Positions 57,961 through 64,000 of a DNA stretch of 64,000 bases are shown here, piece by piece. The stretch comes from Spirochaetia bacterium (GTDB lineage Bacteria > Spirochaetota > Spirochaetia > SZUA-6 > Bin103). The position numbers and the translations under genes are program-made. The notes under the pieces are model-generated. The model did not search any database. It saw nothing but the letters and a program-made list of their open reading frames with translations, and was not told the origin of the DNA. Numbering within the stretch: position 1 is the stretch's first letter; each line of letters begins with the position of its first letter. The stretch covers positions 320,001-384,000 of the forward strand of contig CBDATQ010000001.1 of NCBI GenBank assembly GCA_965199955.1. Direction: 5' to 3'.

Positions 57961-58104
57961 CGAACTTCTCCCATCCGGACTATACCGTCGGCACCGGAAT
58001 TCCACCGGTTCCTGCTCCTGCTCATGCGATCGAGAGCTCACGGGCTTTCACCGTCGGTCTGGAATAGGCGCCCGTCAAGGCGCCGCACCAGGCCCCGAAG
58101 TTCG
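57961..58104 (-). ncRNA. FMN riboswitch (RFN element)
   Basis: Minus strand: CTTCGGGGCCTGGTG..ATTCCAGACCGACGGTGAAAGCCCGTGA..CCGGTGGAATTCCGGTGCCGACGGTATAGTCCGGATGGGAGAAG, upstream of ribD. Confidence 0.93.
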
Positions 58105-58184
58105 CTCTTTGGCAGACGAGGGTATCGGCCGGCTGGCGCCGGTGTCAAACGTCCGGTGAGTCTGCCGGGACGTCCCCCGCGGGC

Positions 58185-58907
58185 TCAGAGCATCGCGCGG
58201 CGGCCGAAGGCGAGCGCCATGGGGTCGCCGACCGGGACCGGACCGCGCATCAGGTACGGCTCGCCGTACTCGACGCCGATCAGGGAACCGTAGTAGCGGT
58301 GCCGGCCTTCCCAGGCCTCCAGATAGCCGGGGGATGAGATGGCCGTCTCCGGCTCGTCCCGGCCCGGATCGTGGAGCTGGGACCGGTAGCAGGCGGCGGC
58401 CTTTCGCTTGCGCTCCCAGTGGCCGCTGATGTCCACGACGAGCGACGGCCGAAACTGGTAGCGGCTCATGTAGTGCAGCATCGCTTCCGGGCGGTGCGGG
58501 GCGCCGCGGCCGGGGTGCTTGGCGACCCCGGCGAACCACCACGCCTCCTTGGCCAGCAGGCTGGCGTTGCTGTGGTCGGGATGGTGGTCCTCCCAATACG
58601 GGGCAAGCAGCATGCGCGGCCGGAGCTCGCGGAGCACCTCGACCAGGCGGACCCGGTTCTCCAGCGTGCAGGTCACCGCGCCGTCCGGGAGCTCCAGGTT
58701 GACCCGCTCGTCCAGGGCCAGAACCGCCGTGGCGGCGGCAGCTTCGGCATCGCGTTCTGCCGCCGTGCCGCGGGTGCCCGCCTCGCCGCGAGTCAGGTCG
58801 CACACGCCGATCGAGGCGCCGCCCGCCTGGGCGCGCAGCAGCAGCCCGGCGCAGGTCAGCTCGGCGTCGTCGGGATGCGCGCAGACCGCCAGCACGTCGA
58901 TCGGCAT
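58185..58907 (-). CDS. bshB1: PIG-L family deacetylase, BshB1-like
   Basis: AHPDD.E, DLT.GE.GT.G, HPDH, Y.SQ, YGE. Confidence 0.8.
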   Translation of the reverse strand: MPIDVLAVCAHPDDAELTCAGLLLRAQAGGASIGVCDLTRGEAGTRGTAAERDAEAAAATAVLALDERVNLELPDGAVTCTLENRVRLVEVLRELRPRMLLAPYWEDHHPDHSNASLLAKEAWWFAGVAKHPGRGAPHRPEAMLHYMSRYQFRPSLVVDISGHWERKRKAAACYRSQLHDPGRDEPETAISSPGYLEAWEGRHRYYGSLIGVEYGEPYLMRGPVPVGDPMALAFGRRAML

Positions 58908-59109
58908 CGGGGCGGATCATACGCCGCGGCCAGGCGCGCGGCGAGCCGGCCGGGCGTCGAGTTCGTGATCCAAGGGCCGCCGGCCGGCGGGCCCGGAGTA
59001 ACCGCCCCGGGACCGCCGCCTGTGGCGCCGCTCCCGGCCCAGCCTCACCTTCCCGTACGGGGTCCGTGGGATTGCCGCTGGCTCGCCAATCCGACAGACT
59101 CCCCTACCC

Positions 59110-59472
59110 GTGCCATGGCGGATGCTCCTGTTCCTGGTCGTGCTCGCCGTGGTGGTGTTGTTGTTCGCCGTCAACATGGAGCACCGCTCGCCCTTCTCGT
59201 ACGTCTTGGGGACGACCGGAGAGGTGCCGGTCTTCATGGCGCTGTTGCTGGCCTTCATCGCGGGGGCGCTGACCATGGTGCCGTTTACCATCGGTCCCCA
59301 CCGCCGGCGCAGGAGGAAGCACAGGCAGCCGGCTGTCACGGGTTCTCCTCAGGAACCGCAGCCGCAGTACTCGGCTCCGCAGGTCGGCGCTCCGCACGAT
59401 GAGCCGCCGGATGCGGAACGTCGGGCTCCGAAACGGAAAGAGCGCCGCCGGCGGCGCTCCGCCCGGACTTGA
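59110..59472 (+). CDS. Small membrane protein, LapA/DUF1049-like, with basic tail
   Basis: Two TM helices, F...N, VPVF...L.AF..G. Confidence 0.65.
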   Translation: MPWRMLLFLVVLAVVVLLFAVNMEHRSPFSYVLGTTGEVPVFMALLLAFIAGALTMVPFTIGPHRRRRRKHRQPAVTGSPQEPQPQYSAPQVGAPHDEPPDAERRAPKRKERRRRRSART

Positions 59473-59524
59473 CCGCGACCGCGCGGGGGTCGAAGGTAGC
59501 TGCTGAACCTGCGAGTCCGTGAGG

Positions 59525-61819
59525 ATGGAACACCAGGCCACCGACGCACACCCGATGCAGCGCCGGTTGCCGTCCGAGCTCGAGCGGCTTGCGCGCGCGG
59601 AGGGCGTCGATCCGGGCGCCGCCCTGCTCGTGGCGCGGACCGATCTCAACCTGTCGGGCTCCTACGAAGCGGTGTACCTCGTCGTGGAAGGCGATCGGCT
59701 GACCACGATCGGCGCTCCGGCCAACGGCGGCACCGCGACCCGTGTCACCGTGGCGCGCGAAGAGATCCACGACATCGGCACGCGGCCCGGGGTCGGCGGC
59801 GGGTTCCTGGAAGCCGTGATCGAGGATGCCGCGGTGGAGATCCTGGCGTACTCGAACCGCTCGGCGCCGCTGTTCCAGCGGGTCGCGGCCAAGCTGCAGG
59901 CATGGGTGGCGGGCGATCCGCTGATCGTCGGCGAGGAGGACCGGGAGGAGCCCGACCTCTGCCCGACCTGCGGCATCAGGCTGGAGGCGCCGGGGGAGGC
60001 ATGCCGGCGGTGCCTGAGCCCCGGCAGCCTGCTCGGCCGGGTGCTGCGGCTGATGCGTCCCTATGCCGGGCGGGCCGCGCTGATGATGGGGCTGGTGCTG
60101 GTCTCCATCGGCGTGGAGCTGCTGCCGCCGCAGCTCATCAAGGCCATCACCGACCGCGTGCTGGCGCCGGGACAGGCGGGCAACCCGGTGCTGCCGGAGG
60201 CCGAGGCGATCGCGTTGCTCGTGCGGATGGTCGCCCTGCTGCTCGGCGCCTACCTGGTCGACGGGCTCGTGCAGTCGATCCAGTTGCGGCTGAGCAGCGC
60301 CATCGGCACGCAGGTCACCTACGACCTGCGCTCCAAGCTGTTCCGCCACCTGATGCGGCTGTCGGTCTCCTACTACGACCGCTACAGCACCGGGCAGCTC
60401 ATGAGCCGCGTCGTGCAGGATACCGAACAGCTCAAGGGGCTGATCGTGCAGGCCACCAGCGGCTTCGTGGCTCAGCTCATCAAGGTCGTCGCCGTGGGGC
60501 TGCTGCTGTTCACCCTGAACTGGCAACTGGCGCTGGTGACCCTGGTGCCGGCGCCGTTCGTGGTCGCGGCCGCCGCCTTCTTCTGGAAGCGCATCTACCC
60601 GCGCTACTACCGGATCTGGGACGCGCGCAGCAAGCTCAACGGCGCGCTCAACTCGATCCTCAACGGCGTGCGCGTGGTCAAGGCGTTCGGCCAGGAGCGG
60701 CGCGAGATCTCCCGCTTCCACCGCACCTCCGGCTACCTGCGCGACAGCTTCCGGCGCGTGGAGTACATGACCGCGTCGTTCCAGCCCGGCATGGCGGTGC
60801 TGTTCCAGCTCGGCGGCATCCTGGTCTGGTTCATCGGCGGACGCCGCGTGCTGAACGACGTGATGACGCTGGGCACGCTCATGGCGTTCCTCAACTATCT
60901 GACCATGTTCTACGTGCCACTGCGGCAGCTCACCCGCATGGCCAACTGGCTGACCAGCTTCCTGTCGGCGGCGCAGCGGGCGTTCGAGATCCTTGACACG
61001 CGGCCGCTGATCCTGGAGTCGGCCGACACCAGACCCATCCCGGCACAGTCCGCGGCGTCGGTGCGGTTCGACCACGTCGAGTTTTCCTACGAGCGCGACG
61101 AGCGGGTGATCAACGACCTGAGCTTCGAGGTGCGTCCGGGCGAGCACCTCGGCGTGGTCGGCAAGAGCGGCTCGGGCAAGACCACCCTGATCAACCTGAT
61201 CGCCCGCTTCTACGACGTCACCGACGGCGCCGTGTCCATCAACGGCGTCGACGTGCGCAACCTGCCGCTGCCCGAGCTTCGCCGTTTCGTCGGCGTGGTG
61301 CTGCAGGAGTCGTTCCTGTTCCGCGGCACCATCTACGACAACCTGACCTACGGCAACCCGGAGGTGACCTTCGATGCCGTGGTCGAGGCGGCCAAGGCCG
61401 CAAACGCGCACGAGTTCATCATGCAGAAGCCGCTGGGCTACGACACCTACATCGGCGAGCGCGGCGCCGGCCTGTCCGGCGGGCAACGGCAGCGGGTTTC
61501 GATCGCGCGCGCCCTGCTCTACGATCCCAGGCTTCTGATCCTGGACGAGGCCACCAGCAGCGTCGACACCGAGTCCGAGCACCTGATCAAGGACGCGCTG
61601 GAACGGGTGACCGAGGGGCGCACGACGATCGCGATCGCCCACCGCCTGAGCACGCTCAAGAACTGCGACCGGATCGTCGTGCTGGACGGCGGGCGCCTGC
61701 GCGAGGAGGGCACGCACGAGGCGCTGGTGCGCCGGCGCGGGATCTACTACCGGCTGGTCAAGATCCAGACCGACCTGGCGCGCGACGACACCATCGAGTC
61801 GCTGGAGCCCGGCCGATGA
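59525..61819 (+). CDS. ABC exporter (TMD+NBD) with N-terminal domain and CxxC..CxxC
   Basis: CPTC..CRRC; GKSGSGKT, LSGGQ, ILDEATS, AHRL. Confidence 0.92.
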   Translation: MEHQATDAHPMQRRLPSELERLARAEGVDPGAALLVARTDLNLSGSYEAVYLVVEGDRLTTIGAPANGGTATRVTVAREEIHDIGTRPGVGGGFLEAVIEDAAVEILAYSNRSAPLFQRVAAKLQAWVAGDPLIVGEEDREEPDLCPTCGIRLEAPGEACRRCLSPGSLLGRVLRLMRPYAGRAALMMGLVLVSIGVELLPPQLIKAITDRVLAPGQAGNPVLPEAEAIALLVRMVALLLGAYLVDGLVQSIQLRLSSAIGTQVTYDLRSKLFRHLMRLSVSYYDRYSTGQLMSRVVQDTEQLKGLIVQATSGFVAQLIKVVAVGLLLFTLNWQLALVTLVPAPFVVAAAAFFWKRIYPRYYRIWDARSKLNGALNSILNGVRVVKAFGQERREISRFHRTSGYLRDSFRRVEYMTASFQPGMAVLFQLGGILVWFIGGRRVLNDVMTLGTLMAFLNYLTMFYVPLRQLTRMANWLTSFLSAAQRAFEILDTRPLILESADTRPIPAQSAASVRFDHVEFSYERDERVINDLSFEVRPGEHLGVVGKSGSGKTTLINLIARFYDVTDGAVSINGVDVRNLPLPELRRFVGVVLQESFLFRGTIYDNLTYGNPEVTFDAVVEAAKAANAHEFIMQKPLGYDTYIGERGAGLSGGQRQRVSIARALLYDPRLLILDEATSSVDTESEHLIKDALERVTEGRTTIAIAHRLSTLKNCDRIVVLDGGRLREEGTHEALVRRRGIYYRLVKIQTDLARDDTIESLEPGR

Positions 61820-62388
61820 GCCCCGAACGGGATCTGACCGAGGCGGAGCTGCGCGAGAAGCGGGGCGAGGGCCCGGATTCGGCCCGGCTGCGCTTCCTGG
61901 ATCCGTCGATGTGCCGCTTCTATCCGGGCAACTTCGCGGCGCTGCACCTGGAGATCACCGGCGTCTGGGTCTACGGAGGCGTGTATGCCGCCTACTGCTT
62001 CCCGGTCGAACGCCGCGACCAGTTCATCGCCATCATCCAGAGCCGGCGCACGGGCGACGACCTCGAGATCGGGATCGTGCGCCGGCTGGGCGACTTTCCC
62101 GACGATCAGGCCGAGTTGGTGCGGGCGGCGCTGCAGCGCCGCTACTTCTTCCACACCATCCGCCGCATCCGCCGCATCGGCTGGGACGGCGGCTACGTGT
62201 CGATGCGGGTCGACACCGACAAGGGCCCGGCCAGCTTCCTGATGCGCTGGAGCAACGACCGGGCGGTGAGCTTCGGCCGTAACGGCAAGCTCCTGATCGA
62301 CGTGGACGACAACCGCTACCTGATCCCGCAGGTGGATGCGTTGCCGGCGCGCGACCGCAGCGCGTTTACGCGTATCATCTACTGGTAA
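61816..62388 (+). CDS. DUF1854 domain protein
   Basis: FP......I.I, EIG, L..RYF..I..I, V.TDKG, DVD.NRY.I; ATGA-coupled to the ABC gene. Confidence 0.85.
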   Translation: MSPERDLTEAELREKRGEGPDSARLRFLDPSMCRFYPGNFAALHLEITGVWVYGGVYAAYCFPVERRDQFIAIIQSRRTGDDLEIGIVRRLGDFPDDQAELVRAALQRRYFFHTIRRIRRIGWDGGYVSMRVDTDKGPASFLMRWSNDRAVSFGRNGKLLIDVDDNRYLIPQVDALPARDRSAFTRIIYW

Positions 62389-62393
62389 CGACG

Positions 62394-63686
62394 ATGGCAC
62401 CGGTACCGCGCGTCAAGGGGACGCAGGACTTCTATCCCGACGGGTGGGCGCTGCAGGTCACGCTGCGGGAGATCATGCTGGCCGCCGGCCGCGCCTACGG
62501 GTACCAGGAGTACGAGGGGCCGGCGATCGAGTACCTGGATCTCTACCTGGGCAAGAGCAGCGAGGAGATCGTCACGCAGCAGACCTTCCGCATCCAGGAC
62601 CGGGACGGCAAGGCGCTGCTGCTGCGCCCGGAGCTGACGCCGACCCTGGCGCGCATGATCGCCGCCCGCGAGCGGGAGATCCCGCTGCCCGCGCGCTGGC
62701 AGTCGTGGGGGCAGTTCTACCGCTACGAGCGGCCGCAGCGCGGCCGCGGCCGTTCGTTCTTCCAGTGGAACGTCGACCTGCTCGGCAGCGAGAGCGCGCA
62801 CGCCGACGCCGAGGTGATCCAGGTGGCGTGCGCGCTGTTCGCGTCGCTCGGACTTGAGCCGGACGCCGTGCAGATCAAGCTCAACGACCGCGCGGCGCTG
62901 GAGGCCGACCTGACCGGCGCGTTCGGCGTCCCGGCCGAGCTGGTGCGAGGCGTGTTCCGCGTGATCGACCGGCTGGACAAGGTCGGCGACGATCGCGCCT
63001 GTGGACAAATGGTTGAGATCGGTCTGGAGCAAGGCCAGGCCGAGGGTGTGGTGGCATTCGTGCAGGAGCCGGTCGACGAGCCGCCGGCGCGGCTGGCGGC
63101 GATCGTCGAGCAGCTCCGGATCTCCGGTCACGACCGGTACGTGCAGCTCGACCGCAGCATCGCGCGCGGCTTCGAGTACTACACCAGCACCGTGTTCGAG
63201 GCGTGGGCGGCCGGCGACCTGCGGCGCGCCATCTTCGGCGGCGGGCGCTACGACGACCTGACGCGCCAGGTGGGCGGCAAGCAGCGCGTGCCCGGGGTCG
63301 GCATGGCGGTCGGCGACATGGCGCTCCTGGAGTTGCTGCGGGAGCTCGACCGGGTGCCTGCGCCGGCTCGGTCCGGGCCCGACGTGCTGGTCACCGTGTT
63401 CGGGCCCGAGCAGCAGCAAGCGTCGGCGCGCATCGCCGATCGCCTTCGCCGCCGCGACGTGGCCGTCGAGCTGGCCCTGGATCCGGGTCAGCGCCTGGAG
63501 CGCCAGCTCCGCCACGCCGATCGGGTCGGCGCGCGCCTCGCCCTGATCATCGGCCCGGACGAAGCGGAGGCCGGCACGGTGCTGGTCAAGGACCTGCTCC
63601 GCCGGCAGCAGGAGCACGTGCCGGCCGGTGACACGGACGCGCTGATCGACCTGCTCAGCCGCGCATCGAAGTCCGGCACCGGCTGA
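62394..63686 (+). CDS. hisS: Histidine--tRNA ligase
   Basis: KGT.DF.P, LRPE.T, RYERPQ.GR.R.F.Q, RG..YYT, GGGRYD. Confidence 0.96.
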   Translation: MAPVPRVKGTQDFYPDGWALQVTLREIMLAAGRAYGYQEYEGPAIEYLDLYLGKSSEEIVTQQTFRIQDRDGKALLLRPELTPTLARMIAAREREIPLPARWQSWGQFYRYERPQRGRGRSFFQWNVDLLGSESAHADAEVIQVACALFASLGLEPDAVQIKLNDRAALEADLTGAFGVPAELVRGVFRVIDRLDKVGDDRACGQMVEIGLEQGQAEGVVAFVQEPVDEPPARLAAIVEQLRISGHDRYVQLDRSIARGFEYYTSTVFEAWAAGDLRRAIFGGGRYDDLTRQVGGKQRVPGVGMAVGDMALLELLRELDRVPAPARSGPDVLVTVFGPEQQQASARIADRLRRRDVAVELALDPGQRLERQLRHADRVGARLALIIGPDEAEAGTVLVKDLLRRQQEHVPAGDTDALIDLLSRASKSGTG

Positions 63687-63702
63687 GCGTGATCCGTTTC
63701 GA

Positions 63703-64000
63703 TCAGGCGGAGCCCGATTCCGCCCGCTGACGAAGCCCGCCGAGGTCCGGCAGGGTCACGCCGTCCGGCGCCGCGCCGTCCAGCGGGTTTGGCTCCCGCC
63801 AGATCCGCCCGTCCCAGGTGCGCACCACCACCTCGTCTCCCGACCGGCCCAGCAGGTACTGCGGCGCCAGCGGCACCTTGCCGTACGGGGTGTCGAGCAC
63901 GTAGGTCGGCACGCCGAAGCCGGTGGTGTGGCCGCGCAGCGCCTGCACGATCGCAAGACCGGTCTCGATCGGAGTGCGCAGGTGCGCCGTTCCCGCCACG
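63703..64000 (-). CDS. C-terminus of a KamA-family radical SAM (lysine 2,3-aminomutase-like) protein; partial
   Basis: GT.H.RT....G..I...LRGHTTG..VP.YV.D.P.GK.P. Confidence 0.85.
   Translation of the reverse strand, partial: VAGTAHLRTPIETGLAIVQALRGHTTGFGVPTYVLDTPYGKVPLAPQYLLGRSGDEVVVRTWDGRIWREPNPLDGAAPDGVTLPDLGGLRQRAESGSA

Noticed and set aside
1..64000. tRNA, rRNA, prophage or integrase
   Set aside because: None recognised by eye; tRNAscan-SE and Infernal would be needed to exclude small RNAs formally

Overview
High-GC bacterial chromosomal window with about 58 densely packed genes. The host is possibly a spirochaete, inferred from the small 'MPWRM..' LapA-like membrane protein at 59110; several genes look Chloroflexota-like, and taxonomy cannot be proven from this window. 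Contents in order: a coupled DNA-repair operon (helicase-like protein, UvrD-type helicase, Fe-S PD-(D/E)XK nuclease, recJ); a complete IS1634-family element inserted at the recJ stop codon; an RNA-modification operon (rsmI, atypical tgt, ArmA/Rmt/Sgm-like 16S m7G1405 methyltransferase); trkAH; catabolic genes (LarA family, hydantoinase A/B cluster interrupted by a cysNC relic, allantoin and hexuronate genes); envelope genes; proS; an FMN-riboswitch rib operon with a ribE-ribB fusion that runs into an SDR and a DtxR/MntR regulator; an ABC transporter + DUF1854 pair; and hisS. The best candidate for an undescribed system is a lower-GC, translationally coupled three-gene cassette at 40666-41986 (DUF3467-like protein, 'GW..G..P' antitoxin-like protein, ADP-ribosyltransferase-like toxin) that resembles a toxin-antitoxin-chaperone defence module with a non-SecB chaperone. 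Two patterns run through the window: many genes have a -10 box 5-9 nt before the start codon (leaderless mRNAs), and several intergenic gaps hold deleted gene relics (cysN, purM, fic, darG). All family assignments come from motif recognition by eye; no database searches were run.
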